Notes under the pieces: model-generated
What the model saw: the letters and a program-made list of their open reading frames with translations, nothing else
What the model was told of the DNA's origin: nothing
The model's database searches: none
In this document: positions 8,527-15,701 of the stretch, in pieces
Layout of the letters: each line of letters opens with the position of its first letter
How positions within the stretch are numbered: position 1 is the first letter of the stretch
Program-made: the position numbers and the translations under genes
Virus record (IMG/VR): IMGVR_UViG_3300020045_009217
Span: 1-28,832 of that record
Length of the DNA: 28,832 bases
Direction: 5' to 3' (one strand)
DNA from: a virus
Lineage: Duplodnaviria; Caudoviricetes

Positions 8527-9350
8527 TAGTAGGTCTCCGGGATACCGTTTTCGTCTACTGTAACGACAGTGCGCTCTGTTGGCTTTTGGTCGCGGGTGTC
8601 ATTCTTGTGTCCCTGTGCTTTCCAGCGTTTCAAAATCGCGGCGGCATATTTCCAGTTCCGCTTATTGTTCTTGACCGCCTCCCCTATCGCATCCGCAATC
8701 CAATCAGCAGGATAATCCTTCTCTGCCTGGGTTAACTCATCCGCAATCATGGGAGTGAGCACCCCAATCTCAGATTCATAAACCTGAAAAAGACTTCTTG
8801 CAGTTCCCTCTAGTCTAGTTAATTCTAGTTCCTCTAGTTGTGCAAAATCCTTTCTTGATGCTGATACAGTTCCCGCCAAATTTGATACAGTCCCGCCCGA
8901 TTTTGATACAGTCTGTGTCACTGTGTCATGGTTTGATACAGTCTCTTTTGAGACAGAAACGTAGTCAGATGGATGGTATTTATTGCCTTTCCCGCCCTCT
9001 TTTTCAACATCCAAAAGGTTATATTTTACTTCCAACCGCTCAATCGCCCCGCGTACCGTGTTGACTGCTAGTCCTGTCTCTTCTGCGATCTTACGCAAGC
9101 CTGGGCGGGCGTCCTTGGTGTAGCGGTTGATTGATAGAGCGAGGAATAACCAACCCTTGAGGGCGTCCCCGTCTATGTTCTTTAGCTCACTTTTGAAGTC
9201 TGTGTAAATCTTGACAAAGGCGGGACGGTCTGACTCTATCAGCTTTCCCCCGCGCCGTTCTATAACCTTTTGAGGCTCATTGATTTCAAGGGTTGGACCT
9301 TGTAACAGTTCCATTGCTTCTGTGATGTAGTCTGCCTGTTGTTCGCTCAT
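8526..9350 (-). CDS. Replication initiator/replisome organiser (N-terminal HTH + C-terminal DnaD/DnaB_2 domain)
   Basis: HTH (PGLRKIAEETGLAVNTVRGAIERL); DnaD motif (LTPMIADEL...WIADAI.EAV..NKRNWKYAAAILKRW); internal iterons. Confidence 0.9.
   Translation of the reverse strand: MSEQQADYITEAMELLQGPTLEINEPQKVIERRGGKLIESDRPAFVKIYTDFKSELKNIDGDALKGWLFLALSINRYTKDARPGLRKIAEETGLAVNTVRGAIERLEVKYNLLDVEKEGGKGNKYHPSDYVSVSKETVSNHDTVTQTVSKSGGTVSNLAGTVSASRKDFAQLEELELTRLEGTARSLFQVYESEIGVLTPMIADELTQAEKDYPADWIADAIGEAVKNNKRNWKYAAAILKRWKAQGHKNDTRDQKPTERTVVTVDENGIPETY
8808..8956. repeat. Iterons / probable replication origin inside the initiator gene
   Basis: TGATACAGT at 8862, 8883, 8904 (21-bp period) and 8934, variants at 8913-8928 and 8949, and four adjacent TCTAGT copies at ~8809-8838. 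Confidence 0.8.
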
Positions 9351-9368
9351 TCCTGGCTCCTGTGGTCG

Positions 9369-10022
9369 TGCATCGGTGCGCGGGGGTTTGGGTACTCAGC
9401 CTCCTCCGCGCACCTTTGCATTTTGCCCGCCGCATCCCTATCCTGGTCGCTTACATACTGGCTTCGAGATGTTGTTCAGCGGGACTTCTGAAAAACGGGC
9501 AGCTGATATGCGCTGAAGTTGCGGCTCAAACTCCGCCGCCCGTAATCATTCGATTGTAAAGTACAAAAGCGCGTTGTTGCCCGGAAAGACACTCACTATT
9601 TTATGACCGGAAAGGAGCCCGCGCCCCTCCTATGGTATCAAGGTACAAAGTTTGCCTGTCGTTGCGTTGTAGCTGGCTCATCTGCTATTGTTCAACCTAT
9701 TGAGAACAACGACAGGCATAATATAACGTCGCCTTTCCTCTATCAGTCTTTATTCGTCACGGTCCTAATCGGCTTGACTGATTGGCTTTGCCGAAGTTCT
9801 CCATACACTCATCACTTACTTGAGCTATGAAATCCCGCCGAGGCTTGCAAAGGCGACTAATGGGTTCAAATGATAAAGTACAAAAAATATCTATTCTTGT
9901 CAGTGTTGGCGATCTTGCTGGCGGCATCCGTCGAGAAACATTTACGGGTTTCGCCAACACTGAGAAAAACAGATATTAGCGTTTCTCGTCGATTACGCCC
10001 GCCAGAGCGTCTTTTGTCTTAC
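9369..10022 (-). ncRNA. Long structured 5' leader / array of small stem-closed RNA domains (family unidentified)
   Basis: Inverted-repeat-closed domains at 9886-9977, 9728-9857, 9653-9718, 9569-9624 (weak), 9495-9543, 9426-9483 and 9369-9420; no convincing CDS; consensus promoter upstream. Confidence 0.65.
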
Positions 10023-10028
10023 TCTTTG

Positions 10029-10057
10029 ATCTTACTACCGCTTCTGCTCCGTGTCAA
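10029..10057 (-). promoter_or_regulatory. Sigma70-type promoter driving the leader and replication genes
   Basis: TTGACA (10057-10052), 17-bp spacer, TAAGAT (10034-10029). Confidence 0.75.
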
Positions 10058-10265
10058 GCGATTGCCAGTCATGTGGTACAGGCAAAACACTCAATAGATA
10101 TTCAGCTAGTTTCAATTGATCTTCGATTTCTTTTTGATAGCGTTTCTCTTGCTCGGGGTACTTTGTAATATCGGCAAAGAAAAATAAATACCCGTTTTCA
10201 TCGCGTATACCATAAGGTATTTTGCTACCCTCAGATAAACCTTTTCTATAAATGATTTGTATCAT
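10035..10265 (-). CDS. Hypothetical protein
   Basis: AAGGA RBS; operon orientation. Confidence 0.65.
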   Translation of the reverse strand: MIQIIYRKGLSEGSKIPYGIRDENGYLFFFADITKYPEQEKRYQKEIEDQLKLAEYLLSVLPVPHDWQSLDTEQKR

Positions 10266-10283
10266 AGTTCATCCTTTCAAGTT

Positions 10284-10340
10284 CCAGCCGGGTCGCCTAG
10301 TGGGTCACGTGTCATCATTTGCCATCGTGCGCCCGGCTGG
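10284..10340. other. Intergenic stem-closed structure
   Basis: CCAGCCGGG (10284-10292) pairs with CCCGGCTGG (10332-10340). Confidence 0.5.
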
Positions 10341-10345
10341 TTCGA

Positions 10346-10744
10346 TTACGCCTTAGGCTGGGCGGTTATAAGTCCGTCCGCGATTTTAGTAGCAACTTCC
10401 CGAAAATTCTTTTCAAACAGTTCGGCAACTTTGCTTTTGACTTGGTTTTCGATTGCCTTTTTCATTTCCCATTCACCAGCCAGTCGCTCTGAAAATACCT
10501 TCTTAAACAACGACTCAAAGTTGTTGTAGCTTTCCTTTTTTCCCCAGCCGTCATCTGTTGCAACTGGCTTATTGAGTACAATACGAATCTCGGCGTTAAT
10601 GATTTCCGTAACTTTCTCTTTGACGCCGATGGTTATCTGGCGTTGAATTTCGTCACCGACTCTTGATCTGATTTCGTCTTTTACATATTCGCTGATGTCG
10701 ATTTCTTCTAACTGCCTTGCAATATATTCATCAAAGTTACTCAT
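10346..10744 (-). CDS. Hypothetical helical protein (start MSNFDEY)
   Basis: AAGGAG RBS before ATG at 10744. Confidence 0.7.
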   Translation of the reverse strand: MSNFDEYIARQLEEIDISEYVKDEIRSRVGDEIQRQITIGVKEKVTEIINAEIRIVLNKPVATDDGWGKKESYNNFESLFKKVFSERLAGEWEMKKAIENQVKSKVAELFEKNFREVATKIADGLITAQPKA

Positions 10745-10772
10745 GTTATTCTCCTTATTTTTTTCCTTTCGA

Positions 10773-10985
10773 TTACGCCTCAGGCGAGGCGGGATCGTCT
10801 GTCTTGTCGCTAAAATCAAGAATATATTCACCTTGATAACAATCCGCCATTCTTTGACCTTCACCAACAGGCAGGTTATGATAATGCGTTTTGTGGCAGT
10901 ACGGGCAGTCGTCAACAATGATGCGCCCTGTGCCATAACCGTATCGTGCTTTTGCTTTTTTTACTTCGTCCTGAATCAGGTTCAT
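10773..10985 (-). CDS. Small Cys/His (Zn-ribbon-like) hypothetical protein
   Basis: CPYCHKTHYH...C motif; ATGA overlap. Confidence 0.65.
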   Translation of the reverse strand: MNLIQDEVKKAKARYGYGTGRIIVDDCPYCHKTHYHNLPVGEGQRMADCYQGEYILDFSDKTDDPASPEA

Positions 10986-11533
10986 TTGAAAAATTCCTTT
11001 CCTTGTTCCAGCCACGTTTCAAAGCGGCTGGTCTTTTCGGGTTCCCAATTGTAGCGGACGGGAAAGTCAGCCAAGCGTTTCAGCCAGTTCATGCCTTGTA
11101 CATATTCAGCCGTCATTATCTTTTCACCTAGTGCGTATGCCTGCAATTCCTTAACGGTCATTGTGTCACCGTTGGCATTGCCTGGGTCAATCGCTGCATC
11201 CAATAACTCAACGGGCGTTTTGTGTGCAATCTCTGCCAGTTCATTGGCGGTGCGGATGTGGTCAAAGCTAACCCTATTCATAATCCATACGGTCATCTGA
11301 TATTCTGTATAGTTGCGGATGTCCGCTATGTCGTGCCGTAGGGTTTCCACGCTGATTAGCATTGCTTTGGCGGCCTCGTCATAAAGCTGCATAATCGGAT
11401 GACGTGCCTTTCCGCCTTCCATGTTCTCAGTCAGGATGTCGCGGAACTCGCACAGATTGGTTAACTTAACCATTGCGCTACGGCTGGCGGCTGCGCGCCA
11501 TTTTGTCAGGGTTGCGGTAGGGATGATTGTCAT
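10982..11533 (-). CDS. Hypothetical protein, possible HTH DNA-binding
   Basis: ATGA overlaps; helix-turn-helix-like segment EAAKAMLISVETLRHDI. Confidence 0.65.
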   Translation of the reverse strand: MTIIPTATLTKWRAAASRSAMVKLTNLCEFRDILTENMEGGKARHPIMQLYDEAAKAMLISVETLRHDIADIRNYTEYQMTVWIMNRVSFDHIRTANELAEIAHKTPVELLDAAIDPGNANGDTMTVKELQAYALGEKIMTAEYVQGMNWLKRLADFPVRYNWEPEKTSRFETWLEQGKEFFK

Positions 11534-11838
11534 GGTGTTTTGTCATACAGCGCAATTAATTGTTTCTTTTCCGGTTCGTATTCTTTTTCGATTTGTTCTT
11601 TGATGTTCCGTACCTTTTCTTCAACCTTCGTAACCAGCCAACGAACCGCATCATTTTTGTCGTCTGTCACGTACCGATCTTGAGTAACAATCACCCGCCC
11701 CGAACGTGGTAACCATACCACCCCATGCAATTCACGAAAAGTATTTTTATCTGTGCATTTATAAGATTTGCCAATCTTCTCGCCTTCAAACTCTGCCAGA
11801 TTTGCCGAGTATTTATACTCGGCTATGTAGTATTTCAT
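11530..11838 (-). CDS. Hypothetical protein
   Basis: ATGA overlap; start region duplicated at 12370-12387. Confidence 0.65.
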   Translation of the reverse strand: MKYYIAEYKYSANLAEFEGEKIGKSYKCTDKNTFRELHGVVWLPRSGRVIVTQDRYVTDDKNDAVRWLVTKVEEKVRNIKEQIEKEYEPEKKQLIALYDKTP

Positions 11839-11862
11839 GTCATCTCGCTTTCAGTTGTTTGC

Positions 11863-12372
11863 CTAAACCACTTTTACTAACAGCAATCTTTCGCACCTTG
11901 CCTTACCGTCGGTGTTGTAGGGCACAACGATGGAAGGGGCATCCTCCCACGGGATGATACATTCCCATAATACAGCATTGGTATATTCGTTCTCACACCA
12001 TTTCAACGTACCGAAGTTGACACCGCAGGCACAATCCAGAGTGGGGAGCGGATTGCAAACTTCCTCAAGATATTGTCCGGGTTCAATTACCCAATTATCA
12101 GGCGCGGGATATGACGTTTCTCCGATGCGCTTATATACAATGTATCCAAGTTCATTGCGGCTAAAATTCTCTTTCATCCACGCGGCTGATTTTAGTAGAC
12201 CTTTACATCCGCTCAAGTTCGCATCGCGCAAGTTCGCACCGCGCAAGTTCGCACCGCGCAAGTTCGCATCGCTCAAGTTCGCATCGCGCAAGTCCGCATC
12301 TTTTGTCTTATTGATTTCCAGCCATTCGGTAATTGTTTTACCGTTGTGGATAATTTCATCAGGTTGTCGCAT
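11863..12372 (-). CDS. Pentapeptide-repeat protein
   Basis: Tandem A(N/D)L(R/S)(G/D) repeats, seen as 15-bp DNA repeats at ~12210-12300. Confidence 0.9.
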   Translation of the reverse strand: MRQPDEIIHNGKTITEWLEINKTKDADLRDANLSDANLRGANLRGANLRDANLSGCKGLLKSAAWMKENFSRNELGYIVYKRIGETSYPAPDNWVIEPGQYLEEVCNPLPTLDCACGVNFGTLKWCENEYTNAVLWECIIPWEDAPSIVVPYNTDGKARCERLLLVKVV

Positions 12373-12427
12373 GTCATCTCGCTTTCATTTATTTGCCGCG
12401 CCTCCCCCACAGGTGCGACGGGGAGGG

Positions 12428-12841
12428 TTAGAAGGGTAATGGCTCGTCGTTGGGCGGAACTTCCGCGCCCTCGTGACTTTGTTCCTGTTGCGTTTCTTTT
12501 GAACCTAAGAAGCGTACCGTAGAGGCGTTTAGTTCAAATGATGTTTGTGCCGTGCCGTCTTTGTTTGTCCAAATGCGTGGACCACCTGTTACCTTGTCAG
12601 GGGTCAAGCGTCCTTCGATCAAAATCTTGGAACCCTTTTTGACGTACTGATTACAGACTTCCGCTTGTTTACCCCAGGTCGAGACGCGAAACCAAGTCGT
12701 TTCTTTGACCTGTTCACCGTTTCCGGTTGCGTACTGGTAATTGGTTGCCACACTGAAAGATGTAACCGCTTGTCCGCTGGGAGTGAATCTCATTTCAGGA
12801 TCACGACCGACATTGCCGACGATAACGATTTTTTGATACAT
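12428..12841 (-). CDS. ssb: Single-stranded DNA-binding protein
   Basis: IVGNVGRDPEMRFTPSG..VTSFSVAT, TTWFRV, KKGSKILIEGRL and an acidic tail ending LPF. Confidence 0.97.
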   Translation of the reverse strand: MYQKIVIVGNVGRDPEMRFTPSGQAVTSFSVATNYQYATGNGEQVKETTWFRVSTWGKQAEVCNQYVKKGSKILIEGRLTPDKVTGGPRIWTNKDGTAQTSFELNASTVRFLGSKETQQEQSHEGAEVPPNDEPLPF

Positions 12842-12845
12842 GGGG

Positions 12846-13817
12846 TTATCCTCCGAAACCTAATTCTTTTAGATTCTGTTCTGCGGTGCGGACATGCTTC
12901 TCAGCGTCCGGGTCTTTTTCAGGAATGACAATATTCTCATCACTTGGCAAGTCCTCAAACTCTGCTTCTATCGCCGGTTCATCTTGCATCATGAACTGCT
13001 GAATCTTTGGCGAGAAATTGCCCCACTTGCGGACAAAAGTTCTAAGAACGGTCTTTCGGCGCATCTTATCACGGTCGCGTCCGTTGTGCGCGTTCCACGG
13101 TGATTTCGGGCTGTTGTATCCGCCGGGGTTGTATGTTTTTCCGTGTTGGTCACATTCTTCATTGGTCATATATAACCAGCGTTCGGTTCCATTCTTTGCT
13201 TTGGAATATGCCATCCATCCGATGATTACGTTATTCACGCGCTCGCCTGTGATGGTGACTTTCCCGGTAAACCGATCTATGTTTACTTCCTCACCCTGCC
13301 AAACTTCTGAAACATTCGGGGCGTATTCATAGTATACAGTATTGACCGATAATTGAACAAGCCCGCGATAGTCGGGGATTAGTGTTGCCTCGTTTCCGTA
13401 AGCAATTAAGTATGCCTGTTCGAGAATTGGGTCAAGCGACAAGCCAAGCGACGCGGCTCGCATTGCCTGAATCATAATACTTTTAGGAGTACATTCTTGC
13501 AACTTCTCGTCTTTAGATACCGCAATCACAACGCTTTCAACATAGGCTTGTCCCTGTGCGTCGCCTAAAAGTTTCTTGAACCGTTTCTGGATTTCGTCCA
13601 TTTCAGAATAGACTTTGATCTTATCGAGTGCGGTTTTCTTTTCAGCGAGAACCATCGCTTGCGCTTCTCTTACGCGCTTCTGTTCGTCCGGCGGCAATCT
13701 AAGAAAAGTGTCTTGGCTTTTCATGCTCTCCCACATCGTGCCGTATTTATCTTTCCATTGTTGATCTGTCCAAGCCTCACGTTCTTTCAAGGCTTCGGGT
13801 GAAAATTCTGTTGTCAT
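12846..13817 (-). CDS. recT: RecT-family single-strand annealing protein
   Basis: LQECTPKS...AASLGLSLDP...AYLIAYG...DYRGL and SPW...M.RKTVLR motifs. Confidence 0.9.
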   Translation of the reverse strand: MTTEFSPEALKEREAWTDQQWKDKYGTMWESMKSQDTFLRLPPDEQKRVREAQAMVLAEKKTALDKIKVYSEMDEIQKRFKKLLGDAQGQAYVESVVIAVSKDEKLQECTPKSIMIQAMRAASLGLSLDPILEQAYLIAYGNEATLIPDYRGLVQLSVNTVYYEYAPNVSEVWQGEEVNIDRFTGKVTITGERVNNVIIGWMAYSKAKNGTERWLYMTNEECDQHGKTYNPGGYNSPKSPWNAHNGRDRDKMRRKTVLRTFVRKWGNFSPKIQQFMMQDEPAIEAEFEDLPSDENIVIPEKDPDAEKHVRTAEQNLKELGFGG

Positions 13818-13873
13818 TAGTTTTCTCCTGTTTCAAAATAGTGTTTAGGTTGCTAAAGGTCGTTAGATATATT

Positions 13874-14134
13874 TTAGAAGGGAACCTCCTTTTGTGAATT
13901 ATACCAAGCATCGGATGATATACCATCATTCCAAGATGGTTCCTGTTCGGTATTCAGGATGTGCGCCGGGTCGGTGTCGCAAGTAACAATCAGTTCATGC
14001 AGGCGATCCGCTTCTTCTTCGGTGGTTTGGCGCAAGCAAGTCTCGATCTTTGCCGCTTCAAAAGTCAAACGGCTCCAGCGTTCCTTAATCCTCTGTTCGC
14101 TTTCAGTATATCCGCCGTGATTTGTAGCTACCAT
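13874..14134 (-). CDS. Hypothetical protein with acidic, SSB-tail-like C-terminus (EVPF)
   Basis: GGAGG RBS. Confidence 0.65.
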   Translation of the reverse strand: MVATNHGGYTESEQRIKERWSRLTFEAAKIETCLRQTTEEEADRLHELIVTCDTDPAHILNTEQEPSWNDGISSDAWYNSQKEVPF

Positions 14135-14328
14135 GTTATCCTCCGTTTACTTGTGGACTGTTGCGGTCCACGCTTTGTGTTTTTTTGTTCTGCGGCTTTT
14201 ATTTGCGCCTCATCCATGACAAGGTGCATACACATTTCAACACCGGCGTTCAACGTGATTTTATAACCGTTTTCAAACTCAAGCACAACTGTTTTCTTTA
14301 CGATCCCTTGGTGAGTTTTTGTAAACAT
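14128..14328 (-). CDS. Hypothetical protein
   Basis: GGAGG RBS. Confidence 0.6.
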   Translation of the reverse strand: MFTKTHQGIVKKTVVLEFENGYKITLNAGVEMCMHLVMDEAQIKAAEQKNTKRGPQQSTSKRRITW

Positions 14329-14331
14329 GTC

Positions 14332-14556
14332 TTATCCTCCAATTCGTTTGCTTGTGGACTGTTGCAGTCCGCGCATGACGATATTATGCAGGGTCTCGCG
14401 GTGTTTCTCTTGCGCGTCCAGTGCGTTGATTTGCTCGATGACATTCGCAAGCTGCGTCCGCTTTGCCCTGCGATCTTTATCGCTAAGGCGATTGGGGCGG
14501 GCGAATAACGCCTCGGCTAGTTCCTTGCCTTCGTTTTCGAGTTCGGTGCGGTTCAT
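14332..14556 (-). CDS. Hypothetical protein (start MNRTELEN)
   Basis: ATGA overlap with the upstream gene. Confidence 0.6.
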   Translation of the reverse strand: MNRTELENEGKELAEALFARPNRLSDKDRRAKRTQLANVIEQINALDAQEKHRETLHNIVMRGLQQSTSKRIGG

Positions 14557-14729
14557 TTTATCATTCCAATCAGCGCGGCGATGACCAAAATCAAGCCGCC
14601 CAGCCAAATGCTGATAATCAGGGTAACGACGGGTGATGTGCCTTCCAGCGGTTCGGGCTGGGTGTCATAATCCAGCGGGCTGGGCGTGGCTTTTTCGTAC
14701 TGTTCGCGCGGGGTGGTTTTGTCGGTCAT
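14553..14729 (-). CDS. Small membrane protein, first gene of the leftward operon
   Basis: AAGGAG RBS; single C-terminal transmembrane helix. Confidence 0.65.
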   Translation of the reverse strand: MTDKTTPREQYEKATPSPLDYDTQPEPLEGTSPVVTLIISIWLGGLILVIAALIGMIK

Positions 14730-14754
14730 CGTGTCAGCTCCTTGTTGTGCCCTG

Positions 14755-14783
14755 ATATTACTACGGGCTGGCTGGCTTGTCAA
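14755..14783 (-). promoter_or_regulatory. Leftward early promoter
   Basis: TTGACA (14783-14778), 17 bp, TAATAT (14760-14755). The -35 is part of the palindrome TGTCAA-N4-TTGACA (14778-14793). Confidence 0.75.
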
Positions 14784-14815
14784 GGTTTTGACATAAACTC
14801 ATTGTTACAAAACAC

Positions 14816-14845
14816 TTGACAATTTCGCAACCTTGGCTTTATAAT
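14816..14845 (+). promoter_or_regulatory. Rightward promoter, probably giving a leaderless mRNA
   Basis: TTGACA (14816-14821), 18 bp, TATAAT (14840-14845), with ATG 7 nt later. Confidence 0.8.
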
Positions 14846-14852
14846 CCCGCCC

Positions 14853-15074
14853 ATGAAAAAGAACTCACAAAAAACAATCACCTGTAATTTGAGCGCAATT
14901 GTGAAAGAGCGCGGTTTAGACGCCCATGACGTTGTTATGTTGACAGGGGTTACGATCAATACAATATACAGTCTACTGAAGGGTGTCCACTTTCCCAGCC
15001 GGTCGGTAAGCGACAAGCTAATCAACGGGCTGAATATCTCGCATGTAGAATTGTTTAGCACACAGGAACAATAA
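14853..15074 (+). CDS. Cro/CI-type (XRE) HTH regulator
   Basis: LSAIVKERGL...DVVMLTGVTINTIYSL..G...PS....KL..GLNIS..ELF pattern; located at the divergence point. Confidence 0.85.
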   Translation: MKKNSQKTITCNLSAIVKERGLDAHDVVMLTGVTINTIYSLLKGVHFPSRSVSDKLINGLNISHVELFSTQEQ

Positions 15075-15075
15075 T

Positions 15076-15183
15076 ATGACCGACATTCCCGATCTGCCTA
15101 TTCTCATTGTTGGAATTGTAGCACTTGCGTTTTTGTTCGGTGCGCTGGCGGTGATTGCCTCGTGGATGGAATATAAAAAGTAA
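15076..15183 (+). CDS. Small single-TM protein (35 aa)
   Basis: AGGA RBS, hydrophobic stretch, TAATG overlap with the next gene. Confidence 0.55.
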   Translation: MTDIPDLPILIVGIVALAFLFGALAVIASWMEYKK

Positions 15184-15368
15184 TGGACAAAAGACATCTG
15201 CAAGTCATCACCCAGGCATTACGCCAAAACCCCGCGCGTGCGAAACGCTGGGGCATGACGCTCATCAAAAGACGACTGCAACAGGAACGCGTTCCGGGAA
15301 AGATAGGGCGCATTATTGAATTTCGTGACAAGTGGATTGATCTATGCCGAAAGGTTGAAGAGGAGTAA
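15183..15368 (+). CDS. Hypothetical basic protein
   Basis: TAATG coupling. Confidence 0.6.
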   Translation: MDKRHLQVITQALRQNPARAKRWGMTLIKRRLQQERVPGKIGRIIEFRDKWIDLCRKVEEE

Positions 15369-15371
15369 CTC

Positions 15372-15587
15372 ATGGGCACACAACAAAAAATAGCATGGTC
15401 AGATTTTCCGAAACAAAGTGACAAGATTGGGCAAGCTGTACACGTTTGCTTTTGGCAAGATGAAACGCGTATAATTGACGGCGTAATCGTGCGTAACGAC
15501 ATCGAAGTTCCCCACGAAACAATCATACGTTTGTATGACGGGCGTTTTGTAAGGGGTGCTGAATGTATGTGGGTGCCGAAAGAATGA
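15372..15587 (+). CDS. Hypothetical protein
   Basis: GAGGAG RBS. Confidence 0.65.
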   Translation: MGTQQKIAWSDFPKQSDKIGQAVHVCFWQDETRIIDGVIVRNDIEVPHETIIRLYDGRFVRGAECMWVPKE

Positions 15588-15701
15588 AAAAGATAATCGT
15601 CATTAGCATAATTGTACTTATCTTGTCCCGCTTCGTGCGCTATTGCCTCGAGCCGGATATGATTGAAATCAATACTTGGAAACAATAGGAGAAAAAACAA
15701 C

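Noticed and set aside
9728-9760. Hammerhead-like CUGAUAGAG-GAAA string on the - strand
   Set aside because: There is no stem II between the core segments and no stem I pairing, so it does not fit the hammerhead consensus.
9362-10097. Short ORFs listed in the leader region (9362-9559, 9603-9830, 9757-9960, 9870-10097)
   Set aside because: Most are antisense to the operon, lack RBS or coupling and look unlike proteins; the inverted repeats explain the region better.
12210-12300. 15-bp tandem repeats as a CRISPR array or VNTR
   Set aside because: There are no spacers, and pentapeptide coding explains them fully.
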